Shown here piece after piece: positions 11,455 to 20,035 of a stretch of DNA of 50,760 nt (its first letter is position 1; each line of letters starts with the position of its first letter). The DNA lies in the NCBI GenBank assembly GCA_046484865.1, contig JAWOID010000138.1, positions 1 through 50,760 of the forward strand, given 5' to 3'. The notes under the pieces were generated by a model, which was not told the DNA's origin, did no database searches, and worked only from the letters and a program-made list of their open reading frames with translations. Source of the DNA: Candidatus Krumholzibacteriia bacterium. Its GTDB lineage: Bacteria; Krumholzibacteriota; Krumholzibacteriia; LZORAL124-64-63. The position numbers and the translations under genes are program-made.

Positions 11455-12723
11455 TCAGGGCAGCCCAGTGGTCCCCTGCTCGATGCGCTCGCGCAGCTCT
11501 CGATCGCTGATCCCGAGCGAGGTGCCCACGCGGCGGGCGGTCTGGATCCAGGGGTGGTCGACGGGGACCAGCTTCTTCAGCCCCGCCACCTGCTCGAGGG
11601 GGACGGGTACGCAGTCGCCGTTCTGGACCGCGACCATCACGTTGTAGGTGCCGGCAGCGAGCAGTTCGGCCGCCTTCACGCCCAGACGCGTGCAGAGCAC
11701 ACGGTCGGCGGCGGTCGGCACGCCGCCGCGCTGGACGTGCCCGAGCGACGTCACTCGCGCCTCGGTGCGCGTGAGCACCTGCAACTCGCGGGCGAGGCGG
11801 CTGGCGAGCGACTCCTTCACCAGCTTGTAACCGTTCAGCTCGGCCCCGTCGTCGTCAGGACCGCTCCCCATGCCGTTCCCGTGGCCGGTCTCGTGGCCGT
11901 TCCGGTCGTCGGCGTCCGCGGCCCCCCGCGCGAGCGACTTCTTCTTCTTGCTGACCCTGGACGCCTCCCGGGCCGCCGCCGCGGCGGCGTCCTCCCGCGA
12001 GAGGGCGCCCTCGGCTACCACGACGATCGAGAACTTCTTGCCGAACCGCCGTTGACGCTCGAGCAGGTAGTCGCGGACGGCGTTGATGTCGTACGGGATC
12101 TCGGGAATGAGCACCACGTCGGCGCCGCCGGCGATGGCCGCACCCAGGGCCAGCCAGCCCGCGTTGTGGCCCATCACCTCGACCACGATGATGCGGTCAT
12201 GGCTGGTGGCGGTGGTGTGCAGGCGATCGATGGCCTCGGTGGCGGTCTGCACGGCGGTGTCGTAGCCGAACGTGACGTCCGTGAGCCCCACGTCGTTGTC
12301 GATGGTCTTGGGCAAGGTCAGCACGTTCATGCCCGTGGCCCGGTGCAGGTGCCAGGCGTTCTTCTGCGTGCCGCCGCCGCCCAGGCACACCACGCAGTCG
12401 AAGCCATGATTGCGCGCGTTGTCGGCGGCCGTGGCGCTCATGTCCAGGGCCTTGCCGCCCATGCGCATCTTGCGGGGCTTGTCCCGGGAGGTGCCGAGGA
12501 TGGTGCCGCCCAGGGTGAGTACGCCCGATAGGTGGTGGTGATCCAGCGGCACGATCCGGTTCTCGACCAAGCCGCGGAAGCCGTCCTGGATGCCGAACAC
12601 CTTGATGCCGTAGTCCTGGATCGCCGCCTTGGTGATGCCCCGGATGGCGGCGTTGAGCCCCGGGCAGTCGCCGCCCGAGGTGAGGATCCCGATGCTACGC
12701 GTCTGGGAGGGGAAGTGCCCCAT
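11455..12723 (-). CDS. pfkA: 6-phosphofructokinase (PfkA family, group III-like)
   Basis: [52 protein letters not shown]. Confidence 0.92.
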   Translation of the reverse strand: MGHFPSQTRSIGILTSGGDCPGLNAAIRGITKAAIQDYGIKVFGIQDGFRGLVENRIVPLDHHHLSGVLTLGGTILGTSRDKPRKMRMGGKALDMSATAADNARNHGFDCVVCLGGGGTQKNAWHLHRATGMNVLTLPKTIDNDVGLTDVTFGYDTAVQTATEAIDRLHTTATSHDRIIVVEVMGHNAGWLALGAAIAGGADVVLIPEIPYDINAVRDYLLERQRRFGKKFSIVVVAEGALSREDAAAAAAREASRVSKKKKSLARGAADADDRNGHETGHGNGMGSGPDDDGAELNGYKLVKESLASRLARELQVLTRTEARVTSLGHVQRGGVPTAADRVLCTRLGVKAAELLAAGTYNVMVAVQNGDCVPVPLEQVAGLKKLVPVDHPWIQTARRVGTSLGISDRELRERIEQGTTGLP

Positions 12724-12855
12724 CGAAACGCTCCCGGCGGTTGGTCGTGACGGCGGCCGCCTCCGCCGGCGAGGACGCCGGGTCGGCGCGGACCCCCGGC
12801 AGGGTCGGTGGCATGGGCCCCATGGTAACCTGCCGATCCCCCGCGTCCATCCTCG

Positions 12856-13013
12856 GTTGTGCCAGCGAAATTGTGTCCAGCCGTTCGGCGGCCGGATCAG
12901 TCCCATATTCTTGATGAAATGTCGTTGTGACGACCACCTTCGTGCGCCGTCCGGCCGCTTCGGAGGCCCGGATAGCCGCCCTGGGGGCCCGGACACAATT
13001 TCGCTGGCAGAAC
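12856..13013. mobile_element. Putative MITE / IS-end remnant with terminal inverted repeats
   Basis: TGCCAGCGAAATTGTGTCC (12860-12878) and its exact reverse complement GGACACAATTTCGCTGGCA (12991-13009). Extends to 23 bp with one mismatch. 112-bp non-coding interior; no obvious target-site duplication. Confidence 0.6.
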
Positions 13014-13131
13014 TGGCGGAACTCGCGAGGCGCATTAACGGTGACGTATACGACGCACCCGACGCAGTCGTAACCTCTTACCGGCGCGGGCATGTCGGGC
13101 TCGACCCCCATCCCGGGTACGGACCGGAGCC

Positions 13132-14856
13132 ATGAGCGAGCGGATCCTGATCGTTGCCCCTCCTCTCGACTTCCGGGCGCTCCTGGAGGCGCTGGTCCCT
13201 GACTACCGGGTGGCCGAGGACGGGGACCGCGAGATCCTCGAGACCTACCTCGATACCTTCGACTGGGCACTCTACGGCGCCGGGCTGGCGCTGGTGCTGA
13301 CGCGACGCCGGCTGACCCTCCTCCCGCTGGAGAGCGGTGCCCCGCTGGCTGCCGTCGGATTGCGCACGCAGACGCCGCCGCGATTCGTGCGCGACGTGCC
13401 GGCAGGGCGCCTGCGGGATGCCCTGGCGCCGCGGGCCGGCGTGCGGGCCCTGCTCCGTCTCGTGACGTTGCATCGCCGAGGTGCGGTCTGGCGGGTGTCG
13501 AACCGGGCCGGCGAGATCGTGTCACGCCTGCGCCTGGAACACCTGGCGCTGGCTGCGGTCCCCGGGAGCGCCGGGGACGTCCCACGCACCGCCGAGCGGG
13601 GGCACGCCGGGAGCGGCCGACGCACCATTGAGCGGGGGAACGCCGGGAACGCCCGACGCACTGCCGACCGAGGGAACGCCGGAACCAGGGGGGGAGCCAT
13701 CGCGACCCCCGGCCCCGATCTCGGTGAGCGGCCGGCCCCCTTCGTCGACATCGCCGTCGTCGAGCCGCGGCGCGGATACGACCAGGATGCCGCGGCCATT
13801 CGCGACGCGCTCGCATCGGCCGGCGCCGCCGAACCCGGGCGCCCGCTCCTGGCGCTCGCGCTCGCAGCAGCGGGACGGCGGCCCTGCGCGTACAGAAGCA
13901 AGCCTCGGGTGAAGATCTCGGCCGAGCGGCCGGCGCGGGAGGCGGTCGCGCGCATCGCCCGACGTCTGCTACGCACCATGCGCGAGAACGAGGCCGGCGT
14001 CAGGCAAGACGTCGACGTGGAGTTCCTGCACGACTTCCGGGTGGCGGTGCGGCGCACCAGGTCACTGCTGTCCTCCGTCCAGGGCGTCTATCCTCCCGAG
14101 AGCATCGAGCCGTTCACGCGCGATTTCCGGGAACTGGGGCGCCTCACCGGACCTCTGCGCGATCTCGACGTGTTTCTGCTGCGCGACGAGGAGTACGAGC
14201 GTCTGCTGCCGGGATCGCTGCGTCCGGGACTGGGCCCGCTCTTCGCGCGGCTGGTCCGGAGCCGCCAGGCGGCGCGTGACGAACTGATGGTTGCGTTCGA
14301 CGGCCCCGCCTACCGGGGGCTGCTGTCGCGGTGGCAGCGGTTCCTCTCGCGAGCCGGTCAGCTGGAACTGGGGGAGTCTCCACGGTCGGGGCTCACGGCC
14401 GCCGAGCTGGCCGGCTGGGCCATCGGCAAGCACCACCGCCGTCTCGTCGCGAAGGGGCGGGCCATCACCCCACGCTCGCCCGACGACGACCTGCACGCGC
14501 TGCGCATCGAAGGCAAGAAGCTGCGGTATCTGCTGGAGTTCTTCGGTTCGCTGTACCCGGGCGGGGCTCACGGCAAGCTGGTGAAGCACCTGAAGGCGCT
14601 CCAGGACGAACTGGGTGAACTCAATGACGTCGCCGTACAGACCGCGAACCTGGAAGCGATCCTCGGTGACGTCGGCGAGCCGCCGCCGCCGCTCACGGCT
14701 GCCGCGGTGGGCGCCCTCCTGGCGGAGCTGGCGACACGCCGGAAAGTGGTGCGGGGCGCCGTCGTCACGGCCTTCGCCCGCTTCGACTCGCCCCGCACCC
14801 GACAGCTGTTCCACGCGCTGGATCTGAAGACCCCGCCCGACGATCAGAAGACGTAG
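13132..14856 (+). CDS. CHAD domain-containing protein (polyphosphate-binding) with degenerate CYTH-like N-terminus
   Basis: YLDTFDW.L, EFLHDFRVAVRRTRS, LRDLDVF, LHALRIEGKKLRYLLEFF, LQDELGELND. GGAG RBS. Confidence 0.9.
   Translation: MSERILIVAPPLDFRALLEALVPDYRVAEDGDREILETYLDTFDWALYGAGLALVLTRRRLTLLPLESGAPLAAVGLRTQTPPRFVRDVPAGRLRDALAPRAGVRALLRLVTLHRRGAVWRVSNRAGEIVSRLRLEHLALAAVPGSAGDVPRTAERGHAGSGRRTIERGNAGNARRTADRGNAGTRGGAIATPGPDLGERPAPFVDIAVVEPRRGYDQDAAAIRDALASAGAAEPGRPLLALALAAAGRRPCAYRSKPRVKISAERPAREAVARIARRLLRTMRENEAGVRQDVDVEFLHDFRVAVRRTRSLLSSVQGVYPPESIEPFTRDFRELGRLTGPLRDLDVFLLRDEEYERLLPGSLRPGLGPLFARLVRSRQAARDELMVAFDGPAYRGLLSRWQRFLSRAGQLELGESPRSGLTAAELAGWAIGKHHRRLVAKGRAITPRSPDDDLHALRIEGKKLRYLLEFFGSLYPGGAHGKLVKHLKALQDELGELNDVAVQTANLEAILGDVGEPPPPLTAAAVGALLAELATRRKVVRGAVVTAFARFDSPRTRQLFHALDLKTPPDDQKT
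13585..13686 (+). repeat. In-frame 36-bp tandem repeat, ~3 copies, inside the CHAD gene (RTAERGHAGSGR-like units)
   Basis: cgcaccgccgagcgggggcacgccgggagcggccga / cgcaccattgagcgggggaacgccgggaacgcccga / cgcactgccgaccgagggaacgccggaacc. Confidence 0.85.
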
Positions 14857-15962
14857 GCCAGACCCAGCGAGAACACCTCCTTGAACTGGCCCTTCTTGCG
14901 GATGGCCTGATCGACGGCATCCGCGTTGGTCAGCTCGCCCACATCGTCGAACTGGGGGACGACGCTGTTGTCGTACTTGTCGTACACCCAGCGCAGTTCC
15001 AGCGTGACCGCGATCACCGACGTGATCTTCGCGGTCAGGAGGTTCTGCCAGTCCACGCCCACGCCCAGCGGGTAATCAGGTAGATCCGACGGCAGCCCGG
15101 CGGCGGCGAGCTGGGCCTCGCCGATGGCGTCGAACTCGTCCTCCGCCGAATAATACAGGGGCCGATAGGCTGTGAATCGCGAGGACCAGGCTGCACGACC
15201 GCCCAGGATGGGCGAACGATAGTCGACCCGCATTTCCAGCCCACCGTCGGTGCTGCTCGATCGATCGGTCGCGTCGCTCACCTCGGGCGGGGCGAGGTAG
15301 AACTCGCGGCTCATCTGCCGGAGTGCGAAGCCCAGGCGGCCGAGGAACAGACGCTCCTCGGTATCGATGAACGCCCGCGACATGCCCACGGCCTCGCGGA
15401 AGTCCAGCGGATTGAACGCGAGTTCGCGGCCGTAGGGGTCGGAGGCGTCCAGGAACTGGCTCTGGAAGCGGAACGACAGGTACGGCGACCACCCGCCGGG
15501 CGGTGTGTAGCGCAAGAGGCTTTCGAGATCGATCTCGTCGTTGGTCTTGCTGGGCGCCTGCCACGACAGCTCGTTGGACTCGGGATCGCGCTCCTGCTGG
15601 TGGATCTGCCCGAAAGTCAGATACACGCGGTTGAACCAGTTCCAGCGCTCGCTCATCTGCCGCTCGGCGCTGGCCCTGAAGACGGCTGTCCAGCTCGCCG
15701 AGCCCTGGTCGCCGCCGCTCCAGTTGTCGGAGTAGGAACTCTGGACCAGGTTCAGACCGATCTGCCCGTTGAGGTACCAGACGTCGATCTCCTTGATGTC
15801 GGCCGCGTCGTCGCCCTTCTCGACCGCGCGCAGGTCGAGGGCGTCGGTGCCCACGACGCTGTCGTCCTGCGCGAAGACGGGCAGCGCGGACAGTGCCACC
15901 GCGGCCATCACCACCAGGGTACCCTTCCGACCGACCCGTCTCGCGAGCCCGATTCCGTTCAT
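14844..15962 (-). CDS. DUF3078-like outer-membrane beta-barrel protein
   Basis: Signal peptide; LNLVQSSYSDNWSGG; alternating beta-strand pattern; C-terminal QFKEVFSLGLAYVF ending in Phe (BAM signal). Confidence 0.8.
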   Translation of the reverse strand: MNGIGLARRVGRKGTLVVMAAVALSALPVFAQDDSVVGTDALDLRAVEKGDDAADIKEIDVWYLNGQIGLNLVQSSYSDNWSGGDQGSASWTAVFRASAERQMSERWNWFNRVYLTFGQIHQQERDPESNELSWQAPSKTNDEIDLESLLRYTPPGGWSPYLSFRFQSQFLDASDPYGRELAFNPLDFREAVGMSRAFIDTEERLFLGRLGFALRQMSREFYLAPPEVSDATDRSSSTDGGLEMRVDYRSPILGGRAAWSSRFTAYRPLYYSAEDEFDAIGEAQLAAAGLPSDLPDYPLGVGVDWQNLLTAKITSVIAVTLELRWVYDKYDNSVVPQFDDVGELTNADAVDQAIRKKGQFKEVFSLGLAYVF

Positions 15963-15988
15963 GCTGCTCTCCTTTGCAGGATTCCGGT

Positions 15989-16873
15989 TCACGATTGCGG
16001 CGAATGGACTGCCGCCGCGCTCGTGGCCTCCGCCACCACCGGGGCGGCCGGAACGGTCGACACGTGCACCACCCGCTGCGGGAAGGGGATCTCGATGCCG
16101 GCGGCGTCGAGTTGCTCCTTGATGCGGCGGGTGAGATCGAACTTCACGGCCCAGTAAGCGGCGCCCGTGGTCCAGCCGCGCACCACGAGGTCGACGCTCG
16201 AATCGCCCAGGTTGGCCACCGCGGCCATGGGTTCGGGGTCGGCCAGCACGCGCTCGTCGCCGCGCAGCACCTCCAGGACCACCCGCAGCGCCTGCTCGAT
16301 CGAGGCGCCGTACGAGATGCCGACGTTCCACTCCACGCGGCGCGTCTCGTAGCCGGCATAATTCCGGATGACGTCTCCGTAGATCTTGCTGTTCGGGATC
16401 GTGATCTTCACGTTGTCCGGAGTGGATATCACCGTGTTGAAGATCTGGATCTCCTTCACGGAGCCCGCCACGCCGGCTGCCTCGATGTAGTCGCCCACGC
16501 GGAACGGGCGGAACATCAACAGCATCACGCCCGACGCGAAGTTGGACAGCGACCCCTGCAGCGCGAGACCGACGGCGAAGCCGGCGGCGCCGAGCACGGC
16601 CACGAACGACGCGGTCTGCACCCCGAACTTGGCCAGGGCGGCGATGAACGCGAACGCCACCACGGCGAAGAACGCCAGGTTCGAGAGGAACCCCGTGAGG
16701 CTCGGGTCCGCGCCGCGGAGGCTCATCATTCTTACGATGGCGTTGCGCACCGCGCCCGCGGCGAACCGTCCGATCAACAGGATCGCGAGGGCGCCGATCA
16801 CGGCCAGGCCGTAGGTGGTTCCCAGCGCGATCAGGGTTTCGATCGCCTTGTCGGCGGTGGTCGAGGCTTCCAT
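15989..16873 (-). CDS. mscS: Small-conductance mechanosensitive channel
   Basis: GAAGFAVGLALQGSLSNFASG, RPFRVGDYIE, IPNSKI, GIEIPFPQ. Confidence 0.93.
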   Translation of the reverse strand: MEASTTADKAIETLIALGTTYGLAVIGALAILLIGRFAAGAVRNAIVRMMSLRGADPSLTGFLSNLAFFAVVAFAFIAALAKFGVQTASFVAVLGAAGFAVGLALQGSLSNFASGVMLLMFRPFRVGDYIEAAGVAGSVKEIQIFNTVISTPDNVKITIPNSKIYGDVIRNYAGYETRRVEWNVGISYGASIEQALRVVLEVLRGDERVLADPEPMAAVANLGDSSVDLVVRGWTTGAAYWAVKFDLTRRIKEQLDAAGIEIPFPQRVVHVSTVPAAPVVAEATSAAAVHSPQS

Positions 16874-17001
16874 GACATTCCTCCGGACCGGGTTATGGTC
16901 GACAGCCGACTTATACCGCGGAAAGCGCCGGCGGCGCAAGCCGGCCCTCCGGAACGCCTCCGCTGTCGCCGGAGGATGGGCCGGGCTATCTTGCGGCGAT
17001 C

Positions 17002-18585
17002 ATGAACAGCCCGCGCGATCTCACCTGCACCGGACTGATGAAGCTCTGGTTTCCGCTGTGGATGACGTGGGTCATGATGGCTCTGGAAGGTCCGTTCCTG
17101 GCCGCGGTGATCGCCCGGCTGGCCGAACCCAAGACCAATCTCGCAGCCTACGGCGTGGCCTTCGCCTTCGCGATCATCGTGGAGGCTCCGGTCATCATGA
17201 TGCTGAGCGCGGCCACCGCGCTCGTCGACCGCGCGGCGTCCTACCGCCGGCTGCGCAACTTCACCTTCCTGCTCGCGGGCGTTCTGACGGCGGTCCTCGC
17301 CGCCGGCGTGGTCACACCCTTCTTCGACTGGCTGACTCGCCAGGCCATGAAGCTGCCGCCGGAGGTCGCGGACCACACGCGGACCGCGCTGCTGATCCTC
17401 CTGCCCTGGCCGGCGGCCATCGGGTATCGGCGGTTCTATCAAGGCATCCTGATCCGGGCGGGACTCACGCGACGGGTGGCGTACGGTACGGTGCTGCGCC
17501 TGGTGGCCATGGCGGCCACGGCCCTGGTGCTGGCGCTGGATTCGCGGCTGCCGGGAGCCTGGATCGGCGCGGCCGCGCTCAGCGCCGGCGTGTGCGCGGA
17601 GGCCGCGGCCAGCCGCCTCATGGCGCACACAGCGGTGCGGCGGCTCACCCGTCCGATGGGCGAGACAGGCGAGCCCCGCGGCACGATCGGCATGCAGTGT
17701 GACCCGGACAACGCGAGCGAGGCGAGCGAGGTGAAGGAGGCGAAGGAGGCGAGCGCGGCGAGCGCGGCGAACGACGACTGCGCGGCGGGCGTGGCGGCCG
17801 AGACGGACGTTGCAGGCGGACGGGGCGCCGCGGCCGCCGTGCCTGGCGCCCCGGCCGGCGTCGCGATCGTCCCGTTCACCCGCACCGATCCGGCCGGACC
17901 GCCGGCGGCGGAACCGGCGCCCGGGTACGCCGAGATCTGGCGGTTCTACTACCCGCTGGCCCTGACCAGCACCATCGCGCTCGCGGTGCATCCGATCGTC
18001 ACATTCTTCCTCGGCCAGTCGCGTTCGGCGCTGGAATCGCTGGCCGTCCTGCCGGTGATCAACGGACTGGTCTTCTTCTTCCGCACCTTCGGCCTGAGCT
18101 ATCAGGACGTGGCGATCAAGGTGCTGGGGGACACCCCCCGGGAATACCCGCTGGCGGTCCGGATGGCGGCTGGCCTCGCGGTGGCGGCCAGCGCCGGGCT
18201 GATCCTCATCGCTGCCACGCCACTGGCGGAATTCTGGTTGATCGACGTCTCGGGGCTCACGCCCGATCTGGCGGCCTATGCCGTGACGCCGCTGCGTATC
18301 CTGAGTGTTCTGCCGGCGCTGACCGTGCTGCTCTCGTGGCAGCGCTCACTGCTCATCGTGACGCGACGTACCGCACCGGTGACGGCTGCCTCGGCAGCCG
18401 AGGTGGCGGGCATCGTGCTGGTCCTGCTGGTGGCGGTGCATGGGCTGGAGATGGTGGGCGCCACCGCCGCGGCGGTGGCCTTCCTGGTGGGGCGTCTGGC
18501 GGGGAACGTCACGCTGATCCCGGCCTGGCGCCAGGCGGCCGCGCACATGAGACGACTCGCCGGGGTGCGAGATCAGGCGAACTGA
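17002..18585 (+). CDS. MOP-superfamily (MATE-like) 12-TM transporter resembling ANKH (progressive ankylosis)
   Basis: Two internally homologous halves (LWFPLWMT.. and FYYPLALT..). Motifs LAAYGVAF, TR.ALLILLPWP...R..YQGILIR and IWRFYYPLAL....HPIVTFF. Confidence 0.7.
   Translation: MNSPRDLTCTGLMKLWFPLWMTWVMMALEGPFLAAVIARLAEPKTNLAAYGVAFAFAIIVEAPVIMMLSAATALVDRAASYRRLRNFTFLLAGVLTAVLAAGVVTPFFDWLTRQAMKLPPEVADHTRTALLILLPWPAAIGYRRFYQGILIRAGLTRRVAYGTVLRLVAMAATALVLALDSRLPGAWIGAAALSAGVCAEAAASRLMAHTAVRRLTRPMGETGEPRGTIGMQCDPDNASEASEVKEAKEASAASAANDDCAAGVAAETDVAGGRGAAAAVPGAPAGVAIVPFTRTDPAGPPAAEPAPGYAEIWRFYYPLALTSTIALAVHPIVTFFLGQSRSALESLAVLPVINGLVFFFRTFGLSYQDVAIKVLGDTPREYPLAVRMAAGLAVAASAGLILIAATPLAEFWLIDVSGLTPDLAAYAVTPLRILSVLPALTVLLSWQRSLLIVTRRTAPVTAASAAEVAGIVLVLLVAVHGLEMVGATAAAVAFLVGRLAGNVTLIPAWRQAAAHMRRLAGVRDQAN
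17713..17775 (+). repeat. In-frame 9-bp tandem repeat, 7 copies (ASE/ASE/VKE/AKE/ASA/ASA/AND), in the central loop
   Basis: gcgagcgag gcgagcgag gtgaaggag gcgaaggag gcgagcgcg gcgagcgcg gcgaacgac. Confidence 0.8.
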
Positions 18586-18627
18586 TGGCGATTCGAGCAG
18601 ACCGGCTTCGACGGACGCGCGATCGGT

Positions 18628-18657
18628 GTCCGCCCCCGATCAGGGCCGGGGGCGGAC
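18628..18657. terminator. Hairpin between convergent genes (putative bidirectional terminator)
   Basis: GTCCGCCCCCG-N8-CGGGGGCGGAC, a perfect 11-bp stem. Confidence 0.55.
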
Positions 18658-18674
18658 GAGACTCCGCCGGCACC

Positions 18675-19061
18675 CTAGATCGCCAGCTGGTCGTTGATAT
18701 GGTCCAGCACGGGCGTGTGCTCGTGCTGAGGGCTGAACAGAACGAACTCGGCGTCCCGCTCCACCTTGACCGTGTGACCCGGAGGCCAGAAGAAGACGTC
18801 TCCGGAGCCGATCCGCTCCTGGGTGCCATCGCGGTAGGTGACCGTCACCTCGCCATCGATGAGGTAGCCCCAGTGGGGTGCCTGGCAGAGGTCGTTCTCG
18901 AGACCCTTCAGCAGCGGCGCGATATCGGTGCCGGCACTCATGGCGAAATGCTCGGCGCCGATCACGCCGTAGGCCGTGGCGTCACCGAAGTCGGTCTGCT
19001 GCCGCGCGACGGCGCCGTCAGCCCGGATCTTGATCGGCAACTCGTTCTTGCCCATACGCAT
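18675..19061 (-). CDS. Small cupin-domain protein
   Basis: CQAPHWGY.IDG...V.Y.DG..E....GDVFFWPPGH. GGAGG RBS at 19069-19073. Confidence 0.85.
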   Translation of the reverse strand: MRMGKNELPIKIRADGAVARQQTDFGDATAYGVIGAEHFAMSAGTDIAPLLKGLENDLCQAPHWGYLIDGEVTVTYRDGTQERIGSGDVFFWPPGHTVKVERDAEFVLFSPQHEHTPVLDHINDQLAI

Positions 19062-19236
19062 GTCCAATCCTCCTTTGGCATCGGATCGTCGGTTCGCAGC
19101 CGGCGAACCTCGTCGCCGGACCGCGCCAGACCCCCACACTACTCATATAAACTCTTTTCGTCCGGTATTTCTTTGTAGCTCCAGCGAAATCGAGCCGGCG
19201 GTCGCGCTTGCACCGGTACGGCCAGGTTCCTGCCGT

Positions 19237-19824
19237 TCACGGCGTGGACCCGCCCTCGCGCAGGGTCCGGCGAACGTGATCGCGCACGTCCGCCGGCCAC
19301 GCTCGGATCAGCTTTTCCAGCGCTGCCACGTCCCACGCGTAGAGGGCGCGGGCGGCCTCCTCGAAGCCGGGCAAGTCGCCCGCGAGAGCGTACATGAACC
19401 GATGTGCGCGGTCCTGGGTCCGGCGGATGCGCTCGCTCTCGTGGCCCTCCTTGCGGGCGGCGTCCACGAGCTTGCGCAACGTGACCGAAGCGCCCCCGGG
19501 CTGGACGTTGAGCCAGTCCCAGTGCCGCGGCAGCAGCGTGACCTCACGACCGACCACGCCGAGCCGCGGCCGCCCGCGGGTCGTGCGCTCCGCCGCCTCG
19601 GTGACGGATCTCTCGCGCGCTTCGGCCAGCGCGGCGACCTCCTCGGGCGTTCCGCGCAGGTCGACGTCGACCGGTTCGTTCTCCGGCCACGCGAAGATGG
19701 CCACGGGTGCCGCATCGCCCTCATCGAGGCGGGTGCGGGCGGCGCGGGCGACGTCAGCGAGCGAACCTTCGGCGATACGGCTGTGGCCGGCGAAGGCGAC
19801 ATGGGACGGCGGCGCATGCTTCAT
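19237..19824 (-). CDS. DUF2239 family protein
   Basis: AFAG..RIA.G.L, VDVDLRG, RGRPRLGVVGREVTLLPRHWDWL..QPGGASVTLRKLVD, AGDLPGFEEA.RALYA. Confidence 0.9.
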   Translation of the reverse strand: MKHAPPSHVAFAGHSRIAEGSLADVARAARTRLDEGDAAPVAIFAWPENEPVDVDLRGTPEEVAALAEARERSVTEAAERTTRGRPRLGVVGREVTLLPRHWDWLNVQPGGASVTLRKLVDAARKEGHESERIRRTQDRAHRFMYALAGDLPGFEEAARALYAWDVAALEKLIRAWPADVRDHVRRTLREGGSTP

Positions 19825-19897
19825 GACGAAAACATCCCTGTGAATGAGGTGGCCGCGGCGGCGGCGGTGAACGCTGGTGGGCGCACGCCCGCTCTAC

Positions 19898-19942
19898 AAT
19901 TTACCAGGATAGAAATCACCTGTCAATATTGCCCAGGCAATA
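19898..19942 (-). promoter_or_regulatory. Sigma70 promoter of the DUF2239 gene with two operator-like palindromes
   Basis: Minus strand TTGACA (19926-19921)-N17-TAAATT (19903-19898). Perfect IR TATTGCC-CA-GGCAATA (19927-19942) and related TTTACCAGGATAGA (19900-19913). Confidence 0.7.
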
Positions 19943-20035
19943 ATCGAGTCGCCGCTCGCGGTGACGACGAGGGCCGATCCGCTCGCCCGCCGTCACCGTC
20001 CTTGCAGCATCCGGCCGGTCGGGCTAGGCTTGCGC

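Noticed and set aside
13585..13686. 36-bp repeats as a possible CRISPR array
   Set aside because: The repeats are directly tandem without spacers, degenerate, in-frame within a CDS, and there are no cas genes.
14844..14856. Convergent 3' overlaps (CHAD/DUF3078, 13 bp; channel/protease, 4 bp at 21973-21976)
   Set aside because: Common in compact GC-rich genomes.
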